From a candidate division WWE3 bacterium (GTDB lineage: Bacteria; Patescibacteriota; 4484-211; GCA-002791395): a stretch of 64,000 nt of DNA. Each line of letters starts with the position of its first letter. The stretch's first letter is position 1. Below the pieces are notes generated by a model, which was given only the letters and a program-made list of their open reading frames with translations, did no database searches and had not been told where the DNA came from. Made by a program: the position numbers and the translations under genes. Shown in pieces: positions 18,506-29,240 of this stretch. Location of the stretch: assembly GCA_013335095.1 (NCBI GenBank), contig JAAXWF010000001.1, positions 150,797 through 214,796 on the forward strand. Reading direction: 5' to 3'.

Positions 18506-19387
18506 CTATACCTTTAAATGCTGCCTCGTTGCTAAATAACTAACCACGGCGGTAAATAGTACGCCGATGCCAGTTGTATAACCCCAAACAAGATGGATAA
18601 GATTCTCGTGTGGTGGGAACAGTTCAACGGTGGCAATAAAGTGATCCGTAAATGATTGAACATACGGTAACACCCATACCATAATAGCACTTGCATATGT
18701 GGCACTGAATAGAGCGAATAAAACCCCATCAAAGATGAACGGCCAGCGAATATACCAGGAACCAGCCCCAACGAGACGCATAATTTCAATTTCACGACTA
18801 AATGTATTTATATTGTTGGTTACGACAATCAAGATGATTCCAATTGAAATTAATAATAGAACACCTAATAAGACCCCACCACCAAATCGAACCGCATCCG
18901 TCCAACTTGTTAATTCATCGACTAAATCTTGCTGGAATATAACTCTCTCGACAAATTCATTATTCTGAAACTGCTTAGCAATATTGGATAAATATTCGAC
19001 TTGTCGAGCCGAGATATCAAGAGAGGCTGGCAGAATATCCGGCGTTACAAACTCTAATAACTCGGGTTCGTTCTTATGTTGTGCCTTATAAATTTCATAT
19101 GCCTGTTCTTTTGTTATATAAGAAACAGATTCGATAAGAGAATCTTTCTCAAGTTCACGCTTAATCTGTTCAATTTGATCAGATGTAGTCTCATCTTTAA
19201 AGAAAACGGTAACCTGAGGTTGATTCTCTAAATAGGTCAAAATACGATCACTCGCAATTGATACAATCGCAAAGAGCTGCCCCATCAGCATAAGAACAGT
19301 CAAAATCATAATGATCAAAAAAGATTGCCAGACATTCCTTGTGATGTGTTGAAAGGTATATTTTATTACTCTTATTATTTGGTTCAT
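18506..19387 (-). CDS. ftsX: Cell division permease FtsX
   Basis: 4-TM layout, LPASLDI, REIEIMRLVGA..WYIRWPF; follows ftsE. Confidence 0.93.
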   Translation of the reverse strand: MNQIIRVIKYTFQHITRNVWQSFLIIMILTVLMLMGQLFAIVSIASDRILTYLENQPQVTVFFKDETTSDQIEQIKRELEKDSLIESVSYITKEQAYEIYKAQHKNEPELLEFVTPDILPASLDISARQVEYLSNIAKQFQNNEFVERVIFQQDLVDELTSWTDAVRFGGGVLLGVLLLISIGIILIVVTNNINTFSREIEIMRLVGAGSWYIRWPFIFDGVLFALFSATYASAIMVWVLPYVQSFTDHFIATVELFPPHENLIHLVWGYTTGIGVLFTAVVSYLATRQHLKV

Positions 19388-19391
19388 ATTT

Positions 19392-20054
19392 TTATCGTTG
19401 TTCCGTTAATCGACCGTCCTTGATGACGACAACTCGCCCTTTAGTCCGTTTTACCAAAGCTTCATCATGAGTGGCCATAATAACTGTAGTTCCCCATTCA
19501 TTTATCTGTTTCAATAAGTCTACAATCTGTTTAGTGTTCTGGCTATCAAGGTTACCTGTTGGTTCATCGGCTAACAGAACTTCGGGTTCAGTAGCTAACG
19601 CTCGAGCAATAGCAACTCGTTGTTGTTCGCCAGTAGATAATTCTTGAGGAAATGCGCGTTCCCGATGTAATAGACCGACGCGATCAAGTAAGTACGGTAC
19701 AATCTCTTTAACTTCGCTCGGTTTTTTACCAACGACTTCGAGAGCAAATGCAATATTTTCAAACACGGTTTGCTGCCGCAAAAGCTTAAAATCCTGGAAA
19801 ACCATCCCGATTTGACGACGTAAATGAGGAATCTTGCGGCGGGGTAACCGAACGATATTGTCATCCTTAAACCAAATATCACCTTCACTCGGAATATCTT
19901 CTCGAATAAGAAACTTTAGTAATGTCGTCTTACCAGCCCCCGAGGGGCCAATAAGAAATACAAAATCGCCCTGGTTTATCTGTAATGAGACTTCTTCAAA
20001 AGCAGTGACACCAGAACGCTTATACCATTTTGATACGCTATCAAATTTAATCAT
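19392..20054 (-). CDS. ftsE: Cell division ATP-binding protein FtsE (start likely 20054 or 20057)
   Basis: GPSGAGKTT, LRRQIGMVFQDFKLL, GEQQRVAIARA, ADEPTGNLD. Confidence 0.95.
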   Translation of the reverse strand: MIKFDSVSKWYKRSGVTAFEEVSLQINQGDFVFLIGPSGAGKTTLLKFLIREDIPSEGDIWFKDDNIVRLPRRKIPHLRRQIGMVFQDFKLLRQQTVFENIAFALEVVGKKPSEVKEIVPYLLDRVGLLHRERAFPQELSTGEQQRVAIARALATEPEVLLADEPTGNLDSQNTKQIVDLLKQINEWGTTVIMATHDEALVKRTKGRVVVIKDGRLTEQR

Positions 20055-20108
20055 CATATTCATTATAGAGAAAGGTTCTAATGAAGCAAATATAATCGTG
20101 GATTAATT

Positions 20109-20816
20109 TTATTGAGCAGGACTAGATTCGGTTGGCGCAACACTCTCTTGGGGTACATCGATTGTTTGAGTTGGCGCAATCGGGGTAACGCCAGAAGCTG
20201 AAACGAAATCATCATAACTGGTCACTCCAGAAAAACGTTTACCATTAATAAAAAACGTTGGTGTAGAATTAACCTTCAACGAGTTCGCAGCACTCCGATC
20301 ACTGTCGACAACACTACGCACGTCATTTGAAACATAATCTGCCAAAAATTGGTCTTTGTTTAGACCAAGATCAGCGCCAAACTTATCATAAAAATACTCT
20401 CCACTGACCTCTACGGCCGACCAAGTACTCTGATTAGTGAATAACCAGTCATGAACCTCCCAAAACTTACCTTGATGATCGGCAGCTTCTGCTGCATATG
20501 CAGCCGCATTAGAGTTTTGATGCTGAGGTAGTGGGAAATGACGAAATACCAATTTAACTTGGTCACGATAATCACTCATGAATTTATCGACGATTGGCTG
20601 CGCGGCTTTACATGAAGGGCATTGAAAATCAGAAAATTCAACAATTGTTGTCGTTGCATTACTATTACCTTGGGTAGGGCGAGACTCCCCAACCGTTTGA
20701 TCAACGGCGACAATATCTGGTCGATCAAAGACACGCGCAACAAATACGATTGCCGCGACCAATAGAATACTGCCTAAGATTACACTAAGAGATAATTTAA
20801 TATCATTTCCTTGCAC
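20109..20816 (-). CDS. DsbA/BdbD-like thiol-disulfide oxidoreductase
   Basis: N-terminal TM, EFSDFQCPSC, FRHFPL, STPTFFING. Confidence 0.92.
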   Translation of the reverse strand: MQGNDIKLSLSVILGSILLVAAIVFVARVFDRPDIVAVDQTVGESRPTQGNSNATTTIVEFSDFQCPSCKAAQPIVDKFMSDYRDQVKLVFRHFPLPQHQNSNAAAYAAEAADHQGKFWEVHDWLFTNQSTWSAVEVSGEYFYDKFGADLGLNKDQFLADYVSNDVRSVVDSDRSAANSLKVNSTPTFFINGKRFSGVTSYDDFVSASGVTPIAPTQTIDVPQESVAPTESSPAQ

Positions 20817-20845
20817 GCAACTATATTAGCATAAACTGCAAAGAG

Positions 20846-21922
20846 TTAATGTCTTTTCACAATCGATTTACTATCATGACGACGTAAAATCATGAAGTGC
20901 ATCAGCCAGATAATAATAACAACATAAGTACCTGACCACGTGCCGCCAAATTCCAATACACGAACAAAACTATGTACTCCAGCAAGAAAAAATATAGCCG
21001 GAGGGACAACAGTAGCTAAGATCGAAGCCGTTGGAGAAATATTGAAGTCATATAAAAAAGTGTCCTTTGTTGCATACGCAATGGTAAGAAAGGACGTAAT
21101 TATCGCTAAAGCACCAAAGATTGCCCCACCATAAACTACCCATGAGGGCAAATATATGAGGAGTCCGGCAATAGCTTCTTCGCTAGTTGAGGGACCAGAA
21201 ACGCCGGTTACCATTAACTGAAACAGTAAATAAACGATTGCCGGGATGATCGAACCGATAATAACGGCGAGATAAAACGATCGAACATTCATCTTTGCTG
21301 ACTTAAGCATCCGACCCATCTCAGGGATCACTGAGTATCCCATCAATGCATTTAACATAACTCCATAAGGGGCTATTAAAGTTATTCTAGAAGGAATTAC
21401 TTCGGGTAAACTCAGATTAGAATAACGCATGTATGGAAAACCGATGCATATAAGGACCAAGATTACGATTAGCATCGCACCAGTTAATAGGCTCTCTGTC
21501 GTAGCTAATAATTTTAAATTTATCGTTAATGTAACAACCACAAAGATTATCGACAGTAATGAAAAGAGGACTGAGGTCGTAGGATCACCCACCAAAATCG
21601 ATAGGAATTTGCCCATTCCTATAATGTATGCAAGTAGAGATCCCCAGTATCCCACCAAAATAAATATTCCGGTAATTGATTTAAATTTTGGAGAAATATA
21701 ATGTGCTGCATAACCAGCAAGTTGTTGGGGCTTTTTAAAATCAGCCGCAATGATTGATGCATAGGCAATGTTTGTAAAGGTAACTAAAATAGTTGTGATT
21801 AATAACCAAAGTAGACCGATCGGATATCCGGATTGTGCAGTAACATAAGGAATAGCAAAGATACCTGCGCCAATAGTAGTACCAACGTGCATGGCTATAG
21901 CAAGCCAAAATATACGGGGCAT
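20846..21922 (-). CDS. Aromatic/hydroxy amino acid permease (TyrP-like)
   Basis: GTTIGAGIFAIPY N-terminal motif, about 11 TM helices. Confidence 0.85.
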   Translation of the reverse strand: MPRIFWLAIAMHVGTTIGAGIFAIPYVTAQSGYPIGLLWLLITTILVTFTNIAYASIIAADFKKPQQLAGYAAHYISPKFKSITGIFILVGYWGSLLAYIIGMGKFLSILVGDPTTSVLFSLLSIIFVVVTLTINLKLLATTESLLTGAMLIVILVLICIGFPYMRYSNLSLPEVIPSRITLIAPYGVMLNALMGYSVIPEMGRMLKSAKMNVRSFYLAVIIGSIIPAIVYLLFQLMVTGVSGPSTSEEAIAGLLIYLPSWVVYGGAIFGALAIITSFLTIAYATKDTFLYDFNISPTASILATVVPPAIFFLAGVHSFVRVLEFGGTWSGTYVVIIIWLMHFMILRRHDSKSIVKRH

Positions 21923-21961
21923 GTTGTTTATTGTAGCAGAAAAGTTACAAGACTGGGTTGA

Positions 21962-22945
21962 TTACTTACTCACTATATTTTTAACCGAACCGGACAAATA
22001 CGAATTAATATTCTCAATTGTAGTAAGTAAAATACGTTCTACTGCTTCTTTACTATTGAATGCATTATGGGGTGTTACTAAAACATTATCCATCTTCATC
22101 AGCAGTCGATCAGCTGACGCAGACTCTGATTCTGATGCGGTCGAAGGCGCTTTCAATACTTCTTCGTCTTCGAGGACATCGAGCCCGGCACCAGCGACTT
22201 TTCCAGAATTCAATCCATTTACCAAGGCTTCAGTATTAATCAAGGCTCCTCTTGCGGTATTAATGATATACACACCTTTTCGCATTTGTGCGAACTGGTC
22301 ATGAGAAAGAATATGTTTCGTTGCTTCATTTAAGGGCAAATGGAGGGTAATTACGTGTGCTGTTGATAATAGTTCGGCAAGCTCAACATAGCTGAATCCG
22401 ATTGTTTTCGCTAATTCAGGTTTTTGGAACATATCAAAAACGACTACATCCATTTCAAAGCTTCGCGCCATCCGAGCAACGTGCATACCAATATGCCCCC
22501 CACCAACTAATCCGATACGCTTACCTTTAAGATCCCAACCGCGTAGACCTTCATAGTTAAAAGAACCTTCACGAATTCGATCGAAACTAGGTCTTAATTG
22601 CCGTGATAACGCGAGCAAGAGGGCCATTGTATGTTCCGCAACCGTATTTTCTCCATAAAAAGGCACGTTTGTTACTGGAATCCCTTTCTCTCGCGCATAA
22701 TCGAGTTCAATATGATCATATCCTGTAGATCGTGTACAAATAAATTTTAATGAAGGAAAGCGGTTAATATCTGCCGCTTTGACTGGAGTACCGACAAATA
22801 CACATAGAACTCCGATATCAGAAAAATCTGAGGGATCTTTTTGATATTGATCGTTTGAAACAAATATCAATTCATGGCCAGGTAAATTTTGTTCAAAAAA
22901 ATCACGTTGCCAATCTTCATTTATTTCGGTAAATAAAATTTTCAT
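21962..22945 (-). CDS. D-isomer-specific 2-hydroxyacid dehydrogenase (D-lactate dehydrogenase-like)
   Basis: RSTGYDHI, VAEHT, GGGHIG, INTARG, GLDVLEDE, TPHNAF. Confidence 0.92.
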   Translation of the reverse strand: MKILFTEINEDWQRDFFEQNLPGHELIFVSNDQYQKDPSDFSDIGVLCVFVGTPVKAADINRFPSLKFICTRSTGYDHIELDYAREKGIPVTNVPFYGENTVAEHTMALLLALSRQLRPSFDRIREGSFNYEGLRGWDLKGKRIGLVGGGHIGMHVARMARSFEMDVVVFDMFQKPELAKTIGFSYVELAELLSTAHVITLHLPLNEATKHILSHDQFAQMRKGVYIINTARGALINTEALVNGLNSGKVAGAGLDVLEDEEVLKAPSTASESESASADRLLMKMDNVLVTPHNAFNSKEAVERILLTTIENINSYLSGSVKNIVSK

Positions 22946-22947
22946 AT

Positions 22948-23943
22948 CTAATCTTCCCCAAGCTCTCGAGGGACGAGCTGAGAGTGCTTTTCTAGTATCG
23001 CATCTAAGGCCGATAACGTCAACAAATCTGTTGTAGCCCCAGGTGTTGCAACAGAGTGACCACTCTGAACAGAGGCTAAACGCAATGATTCCAATTCGCT
23101 TCGTCCATGGGCAATACCGCTTAAGTACCCTCCTGCAAATGCATCTCCTGCCCCTGTTGTATCAACCACTTTTGAAGAGAACGACTCCATATGGTAATAA
23201 TTTTTCCCATCACAAAAATAAGATCCATTTTTCCCATCTGTAATGGTAATTCGCTTGACGCCTTTGCGTACAAATGTTTCTAACAGCCATTGAACATCAA
23301 ATAAATCATCGGTATGTTCGGCATCGCTGCGCAATAAAATACTGGCCTCCTCTTTATTAACGATTACAGTATGGCATGCATGCATTAACTCGCCAATAGC
23401 GGAAAATCCGGCATCAATCTCTACTCGACCAGGATTGTAGACGACCTGTACATCCGGATGATATTGCAGCCATTTTTTCATCGCGCGATGGATCAAATGG
23501 AAATCTTTATATCCTAAAGAACTAACATAGAGCCAATCAATGTTATCCAACGTTTCTGGAAAACGATATATAGGTGTGGAATGGTAAGACAAGATCGTGC
23601 GGTCATGGCCGTAACTTAATATCACCGAGCTATTACTCTCTCCACTGCGGGCCGTATAGGTTAAATCATATCCTTTTGTAACCAATTGAGTATAGATCAT
23701 CTGGCCGAGCTCATCTTCACCGGTTTGTGAAATTAACTTAACGCCATGGCCTGTGGCTATAAGCCCTGCCCCAACATTTGGAGCGTTACCGCCTAATGAA
23801 ATAAATCGTTTGTCTACTGAAATTTTAGTCGGAAATGGTAAACATAATTCTTTTCCATTTTCCGATGGTTGTTGAATATGACCAGCAGAAAGCAAGAAGA
23901 TGATATCAATTGTAGTTAGTCCAATGCAGGCAATGCGGGCCAT
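22948..23943 (-). CDS. PfkB-family carbohydrate kinase
   Basis: GGNAPNV, NKEEA, DTTGAGDAF. Confidence 0.92.
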   Translation of the reverse strand: MARIACIGLTTIDIIFLLSAGHIQQPSENGKELCLPFPTKISVDKRFISLGGNAPNVGAGLIATGHGVKLISQTGEDELGQMIYTQLVTKGYDLTYTARSGESNSSVILSYGHDRTILSYHSTPIYRFPETLDNIDWLYVSSLGYKDFHLIHRAMKKWLQYHPDVQVVYNPGRVEIDAGFSAIGELMHACHTVIVNKEEASILLRSDAEHTDDLFDVQWLLETFVRKGVKRITITDGKNGSYFCDGKNYYHMESFSSKVVDTTGAGDAFAGGYLSGIAHGRSELESLRLASVQSGHSVATPGATTDLLTLSALDAILEKHSQLVPRELGED

Positions 23944-23993
23944 AAAAATTGATTAGTAATTCTAGAATACCACGTAATCATCAAGAGTAAAAA

Positions 23994-24962
23994 CTACTCA
24001 ATATAGTTCATAGATTCTTTTACTGCTAACTGAATTCGGTCTTTAGTGAGACCATATTCGGTCATTAGTTCATTAGGCTCGCCGGATTGACCAAATAAAT
24101 CTAAAATCCCCAACCGCTTCATCCGTACAGGGAAATGTTCACCCAGAAATTCAGCGATGGCCGAACCCAACCCTCCCGCGACTTGGTGTTCTTCAACAGT
24201 AACAACTCGTTTTGTTTTGCGCACTGAAGAAAGTACGGTATTTCCATCGAGAGGTTTGATGGTAGATACATTGATAACTTCAACCGAGATCGATTGGCTC
24301 ATAAGTTCATGGGCTACAACTAAACAATCATACACAAGACTCCCGCAGGCAAAGATGGTTACATCGGAGCCCTCTGCCAATACTTCAGCGCGACCGATTT
24401 CAAAAGGAGAAGACTCAGAGGTAAATACCGTGGTTGCAGCACGGTTCAAGCGAATATATACCGGAGTGGGTTGAACCAGAGCGGCAATAGTAGCCTTCTT
24501 TGCTTCAATAGCATCGCAAGGGACAACGACAGTCATATTCGGCAATACACGCATTAATGCAATATCTTCGAGCGATTGATGAGTAGCGCCATCTGGTCCA
24601 ACCGACAACCCGGCATGGTGTCCGGCGATTTTAACCGGAACGTTGTTATAACAAACGGTGGTTCTAATTTGCTCCCAATTACGACCAGGAGAAAAGGTTG
24701 CATACGATGCGATGTACGGAATTTTTCCGGCTGCAGCTAAACCAGAAGCTACCGTAACTAAATTTTGCTCAGCAACGCCGATCTGAATAAAACGTTCAGG
24801 AAATTCATCTTTAAACGCCTGCATTCGAGTAGATTCAGTAAGGTCAGCACACAGACCGACAACATTAGGATTACGCCGAGCGGCCTCAACGAGTCCCTCA
24901 CCAAACCCATCTCGAATCGGCTTTTGGTCAGATGATGAAAGTGTTATATGTTCGACAAGCAT
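23994..24962 (-). CDS. Transketolase, C-terminal subunit
   Basis: GVAEQN, GPDGATHQSLED, VEEHQ.AGGLGS. Confidence 0.93.
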   Translation of the reverse strand: MLVEHITLSSSDQKPIRDGFGEGLVEAARRNPNVVGLCADLTESTRMQAFKDEFPERFIQIGVAEQNLVTVASGLAAAGKIPYIASYATFSPGRNWEQIRTTVCYNNVPVKIAGHHAGLSVGPDGATHQSLEDIALMRVLPNMTVVVPCDAIEAKKATIAALVQPTPVYIRLNRAATTVFTSESSPFEIGRAEVLAEGSDVTIFACGSLVYDCLVVAHELMSQSISVEVINVSTIKPLDGNTVLSSVRKTKRVVTVEEHQVAGGLGSAIAEFLGEHFPVRMKRLGILDLFGQSGEPNELMTEYGLTKDRIQLAVKESMNYIE

Positions 24963-24963
24963 T

Positions 24964-25821
24964 TTATTGGTGTTCAGAGTCTATTCTCCCACTCAGTGTT
25001 CTTAATTCAGATAATGCTTCGACAGCCTCTGCAGCAGAGGGCGCCTTACCATGCCATTCAGGAAGAAATTCCATAAATTCCACACCTTTCCCGGGAATAG
25101 TATAGGCAATGATCACAACTGGTTTACCGACGATGGACCGAGCTTCTTGCAATGCATCATGTATAACCCCAATATTATGCCCATCGATCTCAAGAACATG
25201 CCAATTAAACGCCTCGTATTTTGCCCGTAATAATTCTAACGGCATGACATCTTCGGTATGTCCATCAATTTGAATATTATTACGATCAATAATGTACGTG
25301 AGATTATCTAATTTATATTTTGCTGCAAACATAACCGCTTCCCACGTATTACCTTCATCATGCTCTCCGTCACTCCCCAGGCAGTACACCTGCCACTTTT
25401 GTTTATCCATACGGGCAGCATATGCCATGCCTGCTGACTGACTTAATCCAGAACCGAGAGGACCAGATGTTGTCTCAATTCCAGGCAACGTCCCTCTGTG
25501 CGGATGACCTTGTAAACGGCTCCCAAGCTTACGTAATGTTGATAATTCGTCGAGAGGGAAAAAGCCAGCCCGAGCTAATGTTGCATATAAAACCGGACAA
25601 ATATGTCCGTTTGAAAGAACAACACGATCGCGATCTGGACATGTCGGATTACTTGGGTCTACGTTTAATACACCGCTAAAATACAACGTCGTAAAGATGT
25701 CGGCCATACCTAAAGACCCTGCAGTATGGCCGCTTTTTGCGGTGACCAACATCTTTACTACGTCTTGTCGAATTTGATTGGCTATATCGACTAATTGTTG
25801 CTCCGATTTAATTTCAGTCAT
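24964..25821 (-). CDS. Transketolase, N-terminal (TPP-binding) subunit
   Basis: SGH, DR.VLSNGH, LQGHP, SDGE.DEG..WEA, DRN, WHGKAP. Confidence 0.95.
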   Translation of the reverse strand: MTEIKSEQQLVDIANQIRQDVVKMLVTAKSGHTAGSLGMADIFTTLYFSGVLNVDPSNPTCPDRDRVVLSNGHICPVLYATLARAGFFPLDELSTLRKLGSRLQGHPHRGTLPGIETTSGPLGSGLSQSAGMAYAARMDKQKWQVYCLGSDGEHDEGNTWEAVMFAAKYKLDNLTYIIDRNNIQIDGHTEDVMPLELLRAKYEAFNWHVLEIDGHNIGVIHDALQEARSIVGKPVVIIAYTIPGKGVEFMEFLPEWHGKAPSAAEAVEALSELRTLSGRIDSEHQ

Positions 25822-25827
25822 AAAAAA

Positions 25828-26418
25828 TCACCGCGAGTTTACCAACTGATTTTCTTGAGTCATTGCAGCAATAGCCTTTACTTTATCGGCGGCCTCGGTT
25901 GGTGAATCAACAATATGATATACCATTAATTCCTCAGGACGAAGGCGCATATTTGCACCAAAGGCCTCAAGAATTTCATGCCACCATCGACCATATAAAA
26001 TTAGATGTTTATGGTGACCAAAGTGAAGTCGAGCCAGTCCCCAAGCCATTCCGAATTCAGAGATAGTACCTGTACCACCACTAAAAATTATGAATACATC
26101 GCCCTTCTCAATTAGGGTTAATGTTCGTTCCAAGTAATTTTGGGTGACAATCTCTTCATCGAGCTTATTAAGCTTATCTCGACCTTCAAACATTAATATC
26201 GCATCCTGAGATTCTGGATAAAGAGTAACACCGATTGTGTGTCCATTAGCGGCCTTCGCTCCTAGACTCGAAGCACGCATAACACCTGGCCCCCCACCAT
26301 TCACGATGGTAAACCCAGATAATGCTAACAATCGCGAGGTTTCAAATGCGGCAAGATATTCTTCGTCACCGTCTTGTGAATCCGCGTATCCAAATACGGT
26401 TACATTTTTTACGTTCAT
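25828..26418 (-). CDS. LOG-family (lysine-decarboxylase-like) nucleotide phosphoribohydrolase
   Basis: GGGPGVM and GGTGTISE motifs; strong SD AGGAGGTGA upstream. Confidence 0.85.
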   Translation of the reverse strand: MNVKNVTVFGYADSQDGDEEYLAAFETSRLLALSGFTIVNGGGPGVMRASSLGAKAANGHTIGVTLYPESQDAILMFEGRDKLNKLDEEIVTQNYLERTLTLIEKGDVFIIFSGGTGTISEFGMAWGLARLHFGHHKHLILYGRWWHEILEAFGANMRLRPEELMVYHIVDSPTEAADKVKAIAAMTQENQLVNSR

Positions 26419-27059
26419 ACAATCACCTCCTGTAAGTGACGCAGGGCTTGTGCTGGATGAGCTTGTGCAAATATGCCGCTCCCTACTGCAAAAAAGTTTG
26501 CACCTGCGTTACGAGCACTAATAATTGATTCTTCATTCAGACCGCCATCGACTTCGATATTTAAATGAGGATATGAATTGCGTAATGTACGAATTTTATC
26601 TAATACAGCCAGATTGAACTGCGCCCCTTGAATACCAATTTCATGGGCCATTAAAAGAACAACGTCAAGATGCTCGATCAGTTCCGGCTTGAGCATGTCT
26701 AGAGGTGTTTCAATATTTAAAGCGAGACCTGCTTCTACACCGGATGTTACGATTTGATTTACAAAGTCGTCTTGGTCTGGCATATGTTCGATATGACCAA
26801 TCAAACGCTTCGCTCCGGCTTGAATCCATTCATCAACATATATTAAAGGGTTTTCAACCATTAATTGGATTTCTAACTGAGGAGCGATTTCAAATTCACC
26901 AAGTAAATCAGCATCACAGCACGTGCGGATCGGAGCAAATCGTCCATCAATATAATCAAGTTGAACAGTATCTGTTTCCTGCTCTACCTGACGGAATTGG
27001 GCAATAAACTCTTCTACCGTTTGTACCAATATAGCTGGAATTATTTTAGGTTCATTCAT
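26415..27059 (-). CDS. rpe: Ribulose-phosphate 3-epimerase (start revised to 27059)
   Basis: IIPAIL, LDYIDGRF, LMVENP, IEVDGGL, VGSGIF. Confidence 0.92.
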   Translation of the reverse strand: MNEPKIIPAILVQTVEEFIAQFRQVEQETDTVQLDYIDGRFAPIRTCCDADLLGEFEIAPQLEIQLMVENPLIYVDEWIQAGAKRLIGHIEHMPDQDDFVNQIVTSGVEAGLALNIETPLDMLKPELIEHLDVVLLMAHEIGIQGAQFNLAVLDKIRTLRNSYPHLNIEVDGGLNEESIISARNAGANFFAVGSGIFAQAHPAQALRHLQEVIV

Positions 27060-27516
27060 CTTCTTTTTGCTCTTCAATAATCTCGATTTCTTCTAAACGT
27101 CGTCGATATCGAGCTTCTTCAGAAAATACCGTAGTTAAAAAAGCATGCACCATTGCGAGACTCTCTTCGGGTGCGGTGAAGTCCGCGGCAATCGCTAGCA
27201 CGTTAATATCATCATCTTCACGCCCCGCAGCAACTTGGGCAACATTAATGCCGAGGCCACAACGAATACCATCAAACTTGTTCGCTGCTATAGAAATACC
27301 AATACCAGATCCACAAATAAGTACCGCAAAATCAATAGATTCTTTTTCCATGGTTTGAGCTGCAGCTTCGGCAAAATCAGTATAATCGTCACGCTGATCA
27401 ATAGAATGCGCTCCAACGTCAACCCATTCAACAGAGTCAGACTCGAGCACAATCTCGGATTTTATTTGTTCTTTTAGGTTATATCCGCGATGGTCAGCAC
27501 CAATTATTACTTTCAT
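27052..27516 (-). CDS. rpiB: Ribose-5-phosphate isomerase B (start revised to 27516)
   Basis: GADHRG..LK, DYTD, CGSGIG.SIAANK, NVL, RYRRRL. Confidence 0.94.
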   Translation of the reverse strand: MKVIIGADHRGYNLKEQIKSEIVLESDSVEWVDVGAHSIDQRDDYTDFAEAAAQTMEKESIDFAVLICGSGIGISIAANKFDGIRCGLGINVAQVAAGREDDDINVLAIAADFTAPEESLAMVHAFLTTVFSEEARYRRRLEEIEIIEEQKEDE

Positions 27517-27626
27517 ATACCCTGTAATCATATTTACGATACTGTTTTGCCCCCAAGATGTCAACTTCACGATAATTTATAGGCTTAGTATTGCTGTACA
27601 CATACAGCTTTGTTAGTCTTTAAATA

Positions 27627-28586
27627 ATGCTAATGCATTTAGTAATTATTATAGTCGGGATCATTATTATGGTGATCGCTGCGACTCAATTGGTCAAAGT
27701 AATCGACTTTATGAGTCGATACTTTCATGTATCTGAATTCACTACCTCATTTATCTTGATGGGGATTGCGACTTCTATTCCGGAACTAGCTGTTGCCATT
27801 AGTTCATCGATTCATCAGAACGCAGTACTTTCTCTTGGTAATATTATCGGGAGCAATATTGCTGATTTAACATTAATCATAGGCCTGCCGGTATTAATTG
27901 CCCGAGGAATCCAGGTTAAATCACGGCTGACACAACTCGATACGCAATATATGTCGATACTGGCATTAACGCCATTATTATTACTATTTGATTACCAATT
28001 GAGCAGATTGGATGGAATGTTTTTACTTACGCTATACGGAGCATATGACTATCGACTAATAAGACAGCGCAGTCGGTTCACTCGATTCGTCGAACAGGTA
28101 AAAAAACCGCGCCTACTAAAACAATTACTGCTATTTATCATTACCATTTTAGCGATCTTCATTTCTAGCCAATTTGTAACAAACGCTGCCGTTTTGATTG
28201 CCCAGGAAATAGACGTACCAATATTAATTATTGGACTAATTGTCATTTCGACGGGAACAATACTTCCAGAACTAACACATGGAATTCGAGCGACAATAAT
28301 GAAACATGAGGGACAAATCATTGGAGATATTCTTGGAAGCGTAGTGGGAAACTCGACTTTAATAATAGGAATTGCAGCAGTTATTAATCCGATTAAACTC
28401 GTTAACTTTTCAGAAATCGTTGTGCCTGCAATGTTTTTAATAATAGCAATCATATATTTTCTAACCAGTGTTTATTCAGGGAAACGGCTTACGGTGAGGG
28501 AGTCGTTGATTTTAATATTCATCTATCTAACATTTATTATCAGTACACTAGGATTTGAGTATTTACGAATCGAAAAGTATTTATAA
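27627..28586 (+). CDS. Na+/Ca2+ antiporter (YrbG/CaCA family)
   Basis: Alpha-repeats ATSIPEL...GNIIGSN and GTILPEL...GDILGS; about 10 TM. Confidence 0.9.
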   Translation: MLMHLVIIIVGIIIMVIAATQLVKVIDFMSRYFHVSEFTTSFILMGIATSIPELAVAISSSIHQNAVLSLGNIIGSNIADLTLIIGLPVLIARGIQVKSRLTQLDTQYMSILALTPLLLLFDYQLSRLDGMFLLTLYGAYDYRLIRQRSRFTRFVEQVKKPRLLKQLLLFIITILAIFISSQFVTNAAVLIAQEIDVPILIIGLIVISTGTILPELTHGIRATIMKHEGQIIGDILGSVVGNSTLIIGIAAVINPIKLVNFSEIVVPAMFLIIAIIYFLTSVYSGKRLTVRESLILIFIYLTFIISTLGFEYLRIEKYL

Positions 28587-28624
28587 AAGATTCTGCTGAA
28601 TCTACAAGGTATATAATAGATCCA

Positions 28625-28975
28625 ATGGCAACAATTTTTACAAAAATTATTAATCACGAAGCACCAGCGGAAATTGTGTATCAAGATGATCTTGTTACCG
28701 CATTTCGAGACATTAATCCTAAAGCACCAGTACACCTCATGATTATTCCGAATAAAGAAATTCCAACGGTAAATGACGTATCTGCAGAAGACGAGCAGGT
28801 GTTAGGACACCTATTTACCGTAGCTAAACACGTTGCGACAGAATTGGGTTTGAGCGAAAAAGGTTATCGTCTAATCGTCAATTGTAATCAGGATGCCGGT
28901 CAGGTTATCTGGCATATTCACATGCATTTTTTAGGTGGAAAAGACCTTGGCCCCCTCTTATCTGAAACAGAGTAA
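28625..28975 (+). CDS. hinT: Histidine triad (HIT) nucleotide-binding protein
   Basis: [33 protein letters not shown]. Confidence 0.93.
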   Translation: MATIFTKIINHEAPAEIVYQDDLVTAFRDINPKAPVHLMIIPNKEIPTVNDVSAEDEQVLGHLFTVAKHVATELGLSEKGYRLIVNCNQDAGQVIWHIHMHFLGGKDLGPLLSETE

Positions 28976-29003
28976 AAACGGGGAAGGTAAATGCTCCCCC
29001 GTT
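28974..29003 (-). terminator. Intrinsic terminator for the minus-strand transcript (possibly bidirectional)
   Basis: Minus strand AACGGGGGAG-catttac-CTTCCCCGTT followed by Ts. Confidence 0.75.
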
Positions 29004-29020
29004 AGATTTTGGATCACCTC

Positions 29021-29137
29021 CTAACTGTGGACGACCTTGGGGATATATTTACCCCGATTCATCCGGCCGGAACAATCTCCGGTGAATTTATGGCTCGCCA
29101 ACTCCAGGGCGGCATCGCCACCAAGGTAGAAGTTCAT
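29021..29137 (-). CDS. Putative 38-aa small protein, not in ORF track (MNFYLGGDAALELASHKFTGDCSGRMNRGKYIPKVVHS)
   Basis: GGAGG SD 7 nt before ATG; TATAAT upstream at 29240-45; terminator about 20 nt after the stop. Confidence 0.5.
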   Translation of the reverse strand: MNFYLGGDAALELASHKFTGDCSGRMNRGKYIPKVVHS

Positions 29138-29240
29138 AGGCAATCCTCCGATCTCCCTTATATTAAGGATAGTGCGTCAAACGGCGCTCCCGAGAGTTGT
29201 CATAGGCAACTTCCCTTTCTCGTAATAGGACGTATTCGTA

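Noticed and set aside
23994-25821. Split transketolase as pseudogene or frameshift
   Set aside because: Two-subunit transketolases are an established family, and both halves have intact motifs.
27594-27607. E. coli-type SOS box
   Set aside because: Spacing is CTGT-N6-ACAG rather than N8, and it is absent from the lexA and recA promoters.
29009-29024. 16S rRNA gene or fragment suggested by GGATCACCTCCT
   Set aside because: Only 13-14 nt match. The flanks lack helix 44/45 sequence such as AAGTCGTAACAAGGTA, so it is not an rRNA gene. Kept as a finding instead.
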